DNA from: an uncultured Fibrobacteria bacterium
GTDB lineage: Bacteria; Fibrobacterota; Fibrobacteria; UBA11236
DNA: 64,000 nucleotides
Reading direction: 5' to 3'
Assembly (NCBI GenBank): GCA_963716395.1
Contig: OY970309.1
Coordinates: 1,024,001-1,088,000 of the forward strand
The notes under the pieces were generated by a model. The model did no database searches and had not been told where the DNA came from. It saw only the letters and a list, made by a program, of their open reading frames with translations. A program made the translations under genes and the position numbers. Of the stretch, positions 19,443 through 27,839 are shown piece by piece (position 1 is the first letter of the stretch; each line of letters opens with the position of its first letter).

Positions 19443-19679
19443 TTACTTCCTCATCCACTTGGCCTCTATTTCGGGATTAAAACGCATTTTCCCATCCTTG
19501 TTCATGGACCAGACATCCATGATTTCCCTTTTGTTGCGGTAGATCGCGTTCTCGCCCGCCTCGGCAAGCTTCCGGCGGTTGATCCGTCGCAGAGCTCGGT
19601 TGTATAGCTGCTTATCGTCCTCTTCGGACCGCGCACAAGTGACCCCCATGACCGGGGACTTTCTGCGGGAACGACTCAT
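19443..19679 (-). CDS. Small Arg/Lys-rich hypothetical protein (78 aa, MSRSRRKSP...W.M.KDGK)
   Basis: AGGAG SD 8 nt upstream; resembles a widespread uncharacterised small basic protein family (recognised from memory). Confidence 0.7.
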   Translation of the reverse strand: MSRSRRKSPVMGVTCARSEEDDKQLYNRALRRINRRKLAEAGENAIYRNKREIMDVWSMNKDGKMRFNPEIEAKWMRK

Positions 19680-19723
19680 GTTGTTCACTCCTGGTTGGGT
19701 GATTACAACATGGGTTCCTCCTT
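19678..19723 (-). promoter_or_regulatory. Minimal uORF (ATG TTG TAA, 19711-19703) with strong SD, in a hairpin that covers the downstream start codon
   Basis: Minus strand reads AAGGAGG-AACCC-ATGTTGTAA-TCACCCAACC-AGGAG-TGAACAAC-ATG; CATGTTGT pairs with ACAACATG and TCAC with GTGA. Confidence 0.65.
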
Positions 19724-20080
19724 TTTATTCATCGCTTGCCGCCCGTCAACCTTCCAGAAATTTAAGCAACTGCGCGGTTGTGAACCTACCCAGTGGGAAG
19801 GCACCCGCCACGCCGACGGCGCTCTTTTATCCAAGCCTAAATGCCCCGCAACACTTTTTCGTTGTTGAGGTGGGAGAAGGTATGCGCCGCGCAATTGCTC
19901 CCGGCACGCAGGGCTTGCGATTCTCTTCCAGATTACGCCCGGCGTTTCTGCGTATTACCGTACCTCGCCGGTAGCAGGTCTAAGCCTCCGGCGCGAGCCT
20001 GTCACAAGCATTATGTCAACCGCCGGTTTCAGTCGCCTGCGACGACCCGGGCCGCCCGCGCGGGAAAGCTTTTTCTCTTT

Positions 20081-20484
20081 TCAACCGTGTTTTTTTAAAT
20101 ACCGCCGAACAAAGGCCGCCGGTTTCAAGATGTGGATTTCTCCGATCTTTTCCAGATCACCGAGATCACGATCTCCCGATATAACACAAGCCACGCGCGC
20201 CTCAAGCGCGCAACTCAGGAACTTGTCATCCTTTGGGTCACGACAAAGCTTGACCTCGTGTGGCGGCATAATGAGACGTGCTTTAGCATGGATGATGCGG
20301 ATCCACTCCTCAACCTTTTGCGGCCTTTGCCCAGGTCACGAAGGGTTGCCGCATTTTCCCAGACGATACCCGGGCTGGCCACCACTTCAAAACGACCTTC
20401 CTGCCACCCGATCAAAACGCGCTCGGGATTACCGCCCCAGAAGACGCCGGACACCAAAACGTTGGTATCAAGCACTACCAGCAC
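20081..20484 (-). pseudogene. PIN-domain toxin (VapC-like), frameshifted near 20310
   Basis: N-terminal VVLDTNVLVS and C-terminal CRDPKDDKFLSCA...ISGDRDL lie in different frames; either a true pseudogene or an assembly indel. Confidence 0.8.
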
Positions 20485-20737
20485 GACGCACTTTCTGGAT
20501 GGCCTTCTTCACGTCGCTGCGTTTCAGCCCGGCCCGCCGCGCATACTCGTGGCTGTCCCGTAAAAGCTTCTTAAAAGCGGTCATGCTGGGCGTGAGTACG
20601 GGCTTCATAAGCAGGTTATCCCCGTCGCTGAACACCATGAACTTTACTCCCTCCTCAAGACCCATTTGTTTGCGGATGTCTTGGGGGATGACGACTTGAC
20701 CGCGTGACGACATGCTGGTGAACTCCATTTGCGGCAT
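20468..20737 (-). CDS. AbrB/MazE/SpoVT-family antitoxin
   Basis: SSRGQVVIPQDIRKQMGL motif; overlaps the PIN gene; palindrome ATAAGA-TTT-TCTTAT at 20749-20763 upstream. Confidence 0.9.
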   Translation of the reverse strand: MPQMEFTSMSSRGQVVIPQDIRKQMGLEEGVKFMVFSDGDNLLMKPVLTPSMTAFKKLLRDSHEYARRAGLKRSDVKKAIQKVRRAGSA

Positions 20738-20937
20738 AGAACCCTCCGATAAGATTTTCTTATTAGTAAGTATACCAGCTTTTGAGGTTTCCGATCTGCC
20801 ATTTCACAACCTCCCGCTCCGCCCTCGGCGGACGGGAGGCCAGCCGCGGTATTACAAATACGGCGCATTTTGTATGCAGAGTCTGATTTCCTTATTTGGC
20901 CAAAACCAATCCATCAAAAACCAAATCTTTCGGACTT

Positions 20938-21453
20938 TTACAGCGCGCTTACAGTATTCGCCAAATCGATTTTTGGGTAGGTGTTTTTCAAGACCTCGTC
21001 TTGCGCTTGTTTCTCATCGACGATTTGCAAAAACTGCGGCATCGTCAGGAATGAACCGCGTCGTTGGACTGAAAACTTGAGCGCGCCGAGATAAACGCCC
21101 TTGCCTTTTTCCACCATAAAGGATTTCGAGTAAAGAACTATGACGCGCTGACCGGATTGGGTCATGTTCACGTTTTGCAAGGTGTAATGCCCGGGTTCGA
21201 CTTCCAAGACGAAATCATATTCCTTGGTTTTAAACGGCAGATAAAACCAATTCTTGGAAAATGCAAACGTTTTACCGGATTCCTGGTGCTTGAAATTAAG
21301 GTTTAACCCAGACGCCCCGGAAATATCACAGGTCACCTTGCCATAGATAAATGATCTTTCGGCTGTGTCGGAGTCGACGGGTAGGTCTTTGAGTTGGGGC
21401 GCACAGGCAAGCAGAAAAGCGAACAAGGAAAAGACCAGAATTTTTTTCTGCAT
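20938..21453 (-). CDS. Hypothetical lipoprotein
   Basis: Lipobox LLAC; EPGHY and YLG motifs; AT-rich coding. Confidence 0.7.
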   Translation of the reverse strand: MQKKILVFSLFAFLLACAPQLKDLPVDSDTAERSFIYGKVTCDISGASGLNLNFKHQESGKTFAFSKNWFYLPFKTKEYDFVLEVEPGHYTLQNVNMTQSGQRVIVLYSKSFMVEKGKGVYLGALKFSVQRRGSFLTMPQFLQIVDEKQAQDEVLKNTYPKIDLANTVSAL

Positions 21454-21492
21454 AAACTGAATAAATTGAAAACAAATTTTCCTATACCTTGA

Positions 21493-22029
21493 TCAATAGA
21501 TGTCCATGCTCGCTTCGATGCTTGGAAAATCCAGATTCTGATCGAACCGAGACGACAAATCGGTATAAGTTATGGTAATCTCTTGGTTTTTATTGAGGAT
21601 CAAAGCCTGTTTTATTTTGAGGGGATACCCCTGTGAAGTCGTCGTATAACTCATTTCGCCATAGGTGTTGCCATCCAAGGTTAAAATGGTGTCCGAATAA
21701 TTGCCCAAATCCAAAATTTGGGATTGTAATTGCACTTTCTCCGAATCCAAAGTGGATCTCCAATCAATCACCGCGCTTCCGGTATGCGGCTCAATGATGA
21801 TATTGACATTGGGAGAAAAATTCTGGCTGGCGGGGCCAAGAGCCACCAAATCGACATTCACGGTGCCATATTTCTGATCGAGCTTGAGTTGCCAATTGGA
21901 GGGGAATTGCAGGGATAGGCCGATGGCGCTGTTGGTGTATTTGTTATTCTGAATCGACCGGCTATCTATCGAATTGTCCACACAATTGAATAAAAACAGG
22001 GACAAAATAAATGCGGAAATAATTTTCAT
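21493..22029 (-). CDS. Hypothetical lipoprotein (PsbP/DcrB-like fold)
   Basis: Signal peptide with Cys, FPSNW and PNVNI motifs, GGAGG SD. Confidence 0.65.
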   Translation of the reverse strand: MKIISAFILSLFLFNCVDNSIDSRSIQNNKYTNSAIGLSLQFPSNWQLKLDQKYGTVNVDLVALGPASQNFSPNVNIIIEPHTGSAVIDWRSTLDSEKVQLQSQILDLGNYSDTILTLDGNTYGEMSYTTTSQGYPLKIKQALILNKNQEITITYTDLSSRFDQNLDFPSIEASMDIY

Positions 22030-22614
22030 TCTAGGCGCCTCCGGTGATTTGAAATCGATTCTATCACAATTTGATCGCTTGATCGAACCTGGACTTAGTT
22101 TAAAAACTCGGCGCTCGCAACCGACTCCCGGCTACTGACTTGCGCTATTATTTGCTCGGACTCGATTTCCGGGAATCCGGTTCCGGTTGCTTCCGATGAA
22201 ACCGGACCGCTGTTGATTTGGAAATCCTTCCTTGCAGACGGCAGCGTCTACAAAGAGATTCGGGTGGATCCATTACAAGTTGAATTTTTATAACTTCAAA
22301 ATGCGCGGTGTTGGCGGTTTCATGGGTTCCGTATGTCGTGGTGAAAGACAATTTCATCAAGGCTGTTTACAAATACAATTTCTGAACCGGAAAATAATCC
22401 GGAACCCCTTGTCGCAAACATGTCGTTAAATGGTCGGCCTTGCGGTCGATTTGCCACGAGATCATCCAATTGTTTTTTTGAAGTCGCCGGTCGTCGACAC
22501 AAATCGGTTTGACGGTCCACCTGCAATTTGTGAAGTCGCGCACCGGAGCCTGGCCATCGCATTTCCAACGCGGGCGGGCTTTCTTATCAATTCGAAACAA
22601 AAGGGAGATTCAAG

Positions 22615-23715
22615 ATGTCTACAAAACCAAAATCAGACAGTTTTGATGCGAATCGTCGTAATTTCATGTTCGGAACCGGCGCGGCGCTTTTGGCCGGCGC
22701 TTTACTCCCCAGTGTAGCCGAGACGAAGACAAGCGGCGATTCCGGGCGCCTGATCACGGTCGCCCATCCCGACATGGACGGAGCCCTTAGAATCCACGAC
22801 AGCGTCGCGGCCGATGCCGCGCAATTACCGCCCCCGATTACCCGCGATCATTCCATGCATCATGACATCGAAATCGAAGCCATCCAGGTCGAAGCCAAAT
22901 TGGATGCCGATACGACCTTTAGTTTTATGACCTGGGATGGGCAAGTTCCCGGCCCGATGATACGGGTTCGGCAAGGCGACACGGTTGCTTTAACCGTCAA
23001 GAGCGCCAAAAACAATACGCGTCCCCATAATATCGACATGCACGCGATTTATGGAACCGGCGGAGGATCGAAAGCGACCATGGTCGGCCCCGGCCAAAGC
23101 CGAACCGAAAAGTTCAAATGCATGTATCCCGGCGCCTTCATCTACCACTGCGCGGTTCCCAATCTCGACGAACATATAAGTTCCGGCATGTTCGGAATGA
23201 TTCTTGTCGAACCTTACGGCGGGTTGCCGAAAGTCGATCGGGAATTTTACTTCGGGCAACATGAACTCTATACCAAGGAACCGTTTGGAACCAAAGGGAC
23301 CGTCCATTTCGACTATCCGTCGATGATGCAGGAACAACCCAACTACGTATTGCTGAACGGTGCGGTCGATGGCTACACCGATGGACGCTTCGGCCCGTTG
23401 AAAGCAAAGGTGGGCGAGACGATCCGTGTATTCATGGTTTGCGGCGGCCCCAATCTGACCTCAAGTTTCCACGCCATCGGTAATGTATGGAGCCGGTGCT
23501 GGCCTCAGGGCGCGCTGGCCAATGCCCCTTTGAAGTACGTGCAAACGCAGCCCGTTCCTCCGGGAAGTTGCTTTGTCGGTGATATGGACCTTCCGGTGCC
23601 GGAAACCATCAAGCTCGTCGATCACGCGCTGTCGCGTGTGGTTCGTAAGGGGCTGCTCGCCGAAATTCTGGTCGAAGGCAAGGAGAATCCGGAAATCTAT
23701 CAAGCGGAAGGGTGA
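22615..23715 (+). CDS. nirK: Copper-containing nitrite reductase, Tat-exported
   Basis: Twin-arginine RRNFM; HNIDMH, YHCA..HISSGM, SSFH, VDH give the type 1 and type 2 Cu ligands plus catalytic Asp and His. Confidence 0.93.
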   Translation: MSTKPKSDSFDANRRNFMFGTGAALLAGALLPSVAETKTSGDSGRLITVAHPDMDGALRIHDSVAADAAQLPPPITRDHSMHHDIEIEAIQVEAKLDADTTFSFMTWDGQVPGPMIRVRQGDTVALTVKSAKNNTRPHNIDMHAIYGTGGGSKATMVGPGQSRTEKFKCMYPGAFIYHCAVPNLDEHISSGMFGMILVEPYGGLPKVDREFYFGQHELYTKEPFGTKGTVHFDYPSMMQEQPNYVLLNGAVDGYTDGRFGPLKAKVGETIRVFMVCGGPNLTSSFHAIGNVWSRCWPQGALANAPLKYVQTQPVPPGSCFVGDMDLPVPETIKLVDHALSRVVRKGLLAEILVEGKENPEIYQAEG

Positions 23716-24848
23716 GCAGGCGGAACGGTGAAATAAAACGTCGCGCCCTGATCCAGGGCGGCTTCGGCCCAAATGCGCCCGCCATGTCGGCGGATAATGC
23801 GCTGGACGAGGGACAATCCGACTCCCGTGCCTGCGAACTCGCGGGAGTTGTGCAAGCGTTGAAATACGCCGAAGAGGCGGTCGGCGTATTGCATATCGAA
23901 TCCGGCCCCGTTGTCGCGCACAAAATAGACCGGTCCATCGGCTTCTTTGCGGTTATCGTCTTCGCGGCACCCGATTTCGAGGACCGCTTGTTCTTTCTTC
24001 CCCGTGTACTTGAACGCGTTGGAAATCAGATTTTCCATAACCTGGCGCAACAGGGAAGGATCGCCCGAGCATGCTGGCAAATGCCCGACCGTGACGTCGA
24101 CTTTTCGCTGCGGGTTTTGCCGGCGAAAGTCATCGAGAATCGTGCCGGCCAATGCCGCCAAGTCCACCGATTTCCGGGAAATCGGCTGTCGGCCCAAGCG
24201 CGAAAATCGCAATAAATCCTCGATCAACTGCTCCATGCGTTGCGCGCCTTCGACCATGACGTTTACATAGCGTTGCGCTTCGGACGGCAGATCCGACGAA
24301 AAATTCTTGAGCAGCATTCCGGCATAGCCTTCGATATGGCGCAGCGGCGCCCGTAAATCATGCGACACCGAGTGCGAAAAAGCGTCGAGTTCCCGGTTGG
24401 CCGCTTCGAGTTCAGCCGTACGCTCGGCGACGCGCCGGGACAGGGTGGCATTTTCCCTGCGCAGGCGGCGCAAGGCCAGGGCGCGTTCGAGTACGGGGGC
24501 GATGGCGCTGAGCTTGAAAGGTTTCAGGATGTAATCGAGCGCGCCCGCTTTCATGGCCGCCACCGCCGTGTCGATGGTGCCGTGTCCCGTCATCAAAATC
24601 ACCACCAGATCCGGGTCGCAATCGAGGGCGGCGCGCAGTAGACTCAAACCGTCCATGCCCGGCATCATCAAATCGGTGAGCATCACGTCGAAGTGTTCGG
24701 CACGCAGAACCGCCAACGCCTCATGCGGCGACGTGAACCCCCGGGTCGCATAGCCTTCGTCCTGCAAAGTGATGCACAGCGCCTGCATCTGGGGCACCTC
24801 GTCGTCGACGATCAACAAGCGCGGCGTTGATGCGGATGATTCGTCCAT
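23700..24848 (-). CDS. REC-HisKA-HATPase hybrid histidine kinase
   Basis: IVDD, DLMMP, KPF receiver; SHDLRAPL H-box; NAFKY, DNGAG, GTGVGL motifs. Confidence 0.93.
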   Translation of the reverse strand: MDESSASTPRLLIVDDEVPQMQALCITLQDEGYATRGFTSPHEALAVLRAEHFDVMLTDLMMPGMDGLSLLRAALDCDPDLVVILMTGHGTIDTAVAAMKAGALDYILKPFKLSAIAPVLERALALRRLRRENATLSRRVAERTAELEAANRELDAFSHSVSHDLRAPLRHIEGYAGMLLKNFSSDLPSEAQRYVNVMVEGAQRMEQLIEDLLRFSRLGRQPISRKSVDLAALAGTILDDFRRQNPQRKVDVTVGHLPACSGDPSLLRQVMENLISNAFKYTGKKEQAVLEIGCREDDNRKEADGPVYFVRDNGAGFDMQYADRLFGVFQRLHNSREFAGTGVGLSLVQRIIRRHGGRIWAEAALDQGATFYFTVPPAHPSA

Positions 24849-24853
24849 AACCG

Positions 24854-27220
24854 TCACGACTTCCGTTCCGCGGCGCAACGCGCCAGGGCCGCGCGCAGCA
24901 GGCCCAGTTTGGGAGGTTTGCTCAGCACCTGATCCACATGCGGAGGAATGTCACTTTCGGCCAGCAACCGCTGGCCCCAGCCGGTCAAAAGAATTACGGG
25001 CGTCGCGGGCGAGTTTTGTTTGATCAGTGACGCCACCTTGCGGCCATCCACATAGGGCATGCCCAGATCCGTGATCACCGCTTCGAAAGGCCGATCTCCC
25101 TTGGCGGCGGCGATGAAGGTGTCGATGCCGCTTTGTCCGCCGTTGGCCGTAGTCACGCTATGGCCGTCGTCGGTCAGGGTGTCGTTCAACGATTTCAACA
25201 ACATGGGATCGTCGTCGACCACGAGAAGCCGGAGCCGCGGTGGCATGGCGTTCAAAGGCACAGGTGTATTCGGTCCCGGAATGGCGGCGGGCAGCGGAAA
25301 GGCCAGGCGAATGGTGGTGCCGCGTTTCAGCTCGCTCACTATTTCCACCTCGGCATTGTGTCGCTGCACCACCCCGTAAACCATGGCCAGTCCCAGGCCC
25401 GTGCCCCGTTCGCCTTTGGTGGTGTAAAAAGGTTCCAGGCAGCGACGCCGCGTTTCTTCATCCATCCCAAAGCCGGTATCCGAAATTTCCAGAAACACCT
25501 TGCCGTCGGCCACGCGCGTGCGCAGCGTCAAGGTGCCGCCTTCGGGCATGGCGTCAAATGCGTTGAAAAACAGGTTGGTCAGCGCTTCGCGGATTTCACC
25601 TTCGACGCCCAGCACCAGGGGCAAATCCGGGGCCAGATCCGATTCGATCGTGATAACCGCCCCGCGTTGCTGTGGCATGTCGTGCCAGCGGGCGCGCGTG
25701 AGATCGATCACCTGCTGCAACGCGCGGTTGAGCTGCACCGGCGCCAAGGTCATCTGCGGTTCGCGCTGCCGGTAAAACTCGCGCATACGCGCTACCGTGG
25801 CCGCCACGTCTTCGATGGCATGTGCGATGGTTTGCAGATGATCGCGCGCCCGCGCGCTCAGGTTGGGTTCTTTTTCCAGCAGATGCTCGGTATACAGCGC
25901 CACAGGCGAAATCGCATTGTTGATGTCGTGGGCGATGCCGCTGGCCATTTGGCCCAGCGCGCGCAACCGCTCCTGCTGCATCACGGTTTGCTGCGACTGG
26001 CGCAAGTCGTCGTAGGCTTGCTGCAGGGCGCCATACAGACGAGCCTGATGCGCGGCCAGCGCCGCATGTTCGCTCAATTGCCGCAAAAATTCGCAGTCGA
26101 GGCTGCTGAAGGATTCGGCTTGCCGACGGGCGGTAATGAGCGCCCCAAACACATTACTCTCGACGATCAGGGGGGAAATCACCAGCGCGCGCAATCCATG
26201 CTCGGCCAGGCGCTGGGGAAACGGAAACATCACCCGGGAAGTGTCGGGTTCATACACCAAATCACCCTGCATGCAACGCGACAAGCCGTTTTGGTCGATG
26301 GGGATGGGTGTGTGATCAGCCATACCCATTTTCACGGCCAAGGCCGCGCTTTTGGCGCCGACCCCGCTTACGGTCAACCGTTCCGCGGCGCTGTCATACA
26401 TGCAGACGCATCCGAAATCGATGGGCAAATTGTCTTCCAGGGTTCCGATCATGACTTGGAAAATGCTGGCCAAATCGAGACGCTCTCCAATGGCGCGTGT
26501 GACGCGATTCAGCAAGTCGAGACGGGCCAACTGCTCTTGGATGTGGGTGAGCATGTGGTTGAACGCTTCGGTGAGCAAACCGAATTCGCCGCTTTCCTGC
26601 GGCCGGGCGCGCACCGAATAGTCGCGCCGCTCCGACACGGCGCGCGCCGTGTCGGCCAAGCTCAGGATGGGTGCAGAAATTTGGCGTTGCAAGGTCCGCG
26701 ACAAGGCATAGGCCAACAAAAAAGCCACGACGGCGACCAGGCCGGCCACGGTGGCATACAGTTGCAGGCGATCGGCCATGGCCTTCATGTCGGATTTGAC
26801 GTACAGCGTTCCCAGGCGCTTGCCGTCCTGCACCACGGGTTGAAAGCCGGTTAGAAAACCGCGTGCAAAGTGGTATCCGTCGGCGGAGGGCCCCGCGGGA
26901 AACACTCCGGCGGCCGAGGCTTCAGGGTAGATGCAGAACAGTTTGCCGTTGGCGTCGTACAACGCGGCCGCTACCACATGCGGCTCAGCCTTGAGCGCGG
27001 CCAGAATCTCTTTGGCGCCGCCGGCGTCATCAAAGGCCAGGGCCGCCGTGCTGTTTTCGGCGACGATGGCCGAGATGGTCGAAAGCTGCCGTACCGTGGT
27101 GTGCCGGTAGGTGAGGAATTCATAGGCCGAAAATCCGCCGCAGGTGAGCAGCAGCACCGCGCCGCTGGTCAGCAGCATGAGAGCCATCAGTCGTTTTTGC
27201 AGCGGCAGGTTTTTGAACAT
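24854..27220 (-). CDS. Membrane hybrid sensor kinase (periplasmic CHASE-like, HAMP, GAF, HisKA, HATPase, REC)
   Basis: Two TM helices, AALAFDD (YfiN-like), HAMP, AHDINN, PFYTTK, GTGLGL, C-terminal receiver DLGMP. Confidence 0.9.
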   Translation of the reverse strand: MFKNLPLQKRLMALMLLTSGAVLLLTCGGFSAYEFLTYRHTTVRQLSTISAIVAENSTAALAFDDAGGAKEILAALKAEPHVVAAALYDANGKLFCIYPEASAAGVFPAGPSADGYHFARGFLTGFQPVVQDGKRLGTLYVKSDMKAMADRLQLYATVAGLVAVVAFLLAYALSRTLQRQISAPILSLADTARAVSERRDYSVRARPQESGEFGLLTEAFNHMLTHIQEQLARLDLLNRVTRAIGERLDLASIFQVMIGTLEDNLPIDFGCVCMYDSAAERLTVSGVGAKSAALAVKMGMADHTPIPIDQNGLSRCMQGDLVYEPDTSRVMFPFPQRLAEHGLRALVISPLIVESNVFGALITARRQAESFSSLDCEFLRQLSEHAALAAHQARLYGALQQAYDDLRQSQQTVMQQERLRALGQMASGIAHDINNAISPVALYTEHLLEKEPNLSARARDHLQTIAHAIEDVAATVARMREFYRQREPQMTLAPVQLNRALQQVIDLTRARWHDMPQQRGAVITIESDLAPDLPLVLGVEGEIREALTNLFFNAFDAMPEGGTLTLRTRVADGKVFLEISDTGFGMDEETRRRCLEPFYTTKGERGTGLGLAMVYGVVQRHNAEVEIVSELKRGTTIRLAFPLPAAIPGPNTPVPLNAMPPRLRLLVVDDDPMLLKSLNDTLTDDGHSVTTANGGQSGIDTFIAAAKGDRPFEAVITDLGMPYVDGRKVASLIKQNSPATPVILLTGWGQRLLAESDIPPHVDQVLSKPPKLGLLRAALARCAAERKS

Positions 27221-27223
27221 GAG

Positions 27224-27766
27224 TCAGCCTTTTTCGGACGCGACAATGTCGGCCAGACGCAGCAACTTCGAACTGATGCTCAAGTCGGCGTCCTGAACCG
27301 CTTTGAGATTGATCTTGAGGCGCAAATGCGCGTCTTCGGTGGCGAAGCGAATCATGCCGCCGGTTTGCGCAAAGTCGTCGCTTTCGCCCACCGTCAGCAC
27401 GGGCTTGTTTTTCAGGGCTTGGAACAGTTCTTGCATTTTGCGGGGGTCGGATCCGGAGACGAACAAGATGTTGCAATCGGTCGCGTCTTCGATCTTGCCG
27501 CAGCGTTTCACCACAATGGGCCGCGCGCCGATTTTTTCACCCTTGACCACGGCGTCGAGAAAATCGCCGAATGGGTCGGTTCCGAGCACGCCGATTATCA
27601 GCGGCTGCTGCGGGTTTGAAAACGCCGCCGGCGGCCAATGCACGAATTGCGCGAAATGAAACAGAAACACGGCCTTGACCTGATACTCCTTGGAAGGCGG
27701 CGCCGTCTTGATTTCAGCCTGCACCGCCACCAAGCAGGTCAAGACAAAGGCGAACAAGAGTTTCAT
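27224..27766 (-). CDS. YfiR/HmsC-family periplasmic regulator (DUF4154)
   Basis: EYQVKAVFLFHFAQFVHWP, LTVGE, ISSKLLRLA motifs. Confidence 0.9.
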   Translation of the reverse strand: MKLLFAFVLTCLVAVQAEIKTAPPSKEYQVKAVFLFHFAQFVHWPPAAFSNPQQPLIIGVLGTDPFGDFLDAVVKGEKIGARPIVVKRCGKIEDATDCNILFVSGSDPRKMQELFQALKNKPVLTVGESDDFAQTGGMIRFATEDAHLRLKINLKAVQDADLSISSKLLRLADIVASEKG

Positions 27767-27839
27767 GGCCCCGAGCCCCTTTATTCGCCCGGCGGGTTCG
27801 CGATTAGGGCGCATCGTTCCGGCATGCCTTCAATGCTTC

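Noticed and set aside
22130-22390. Possible gene remnant ending ...IKAVYKYNF-stop on the + strand
   Set aside because: No start codon or recognisable family; may be a decayed gene but cannot be called.
22440-22600. FNR/CRP box upstream of nirK
   Set aside because: Only partial matches (TGTGA-N6-GCACC and a lone ATCAA); not supportable.
25133-26854. Long antisense or alternate-frame ORFs (also 15423-16739, 55684-56748, 57515-58765, 61457-63013)
   Set aside because: Typical high-GC shadow ORFs opposite genes with clear motifs.
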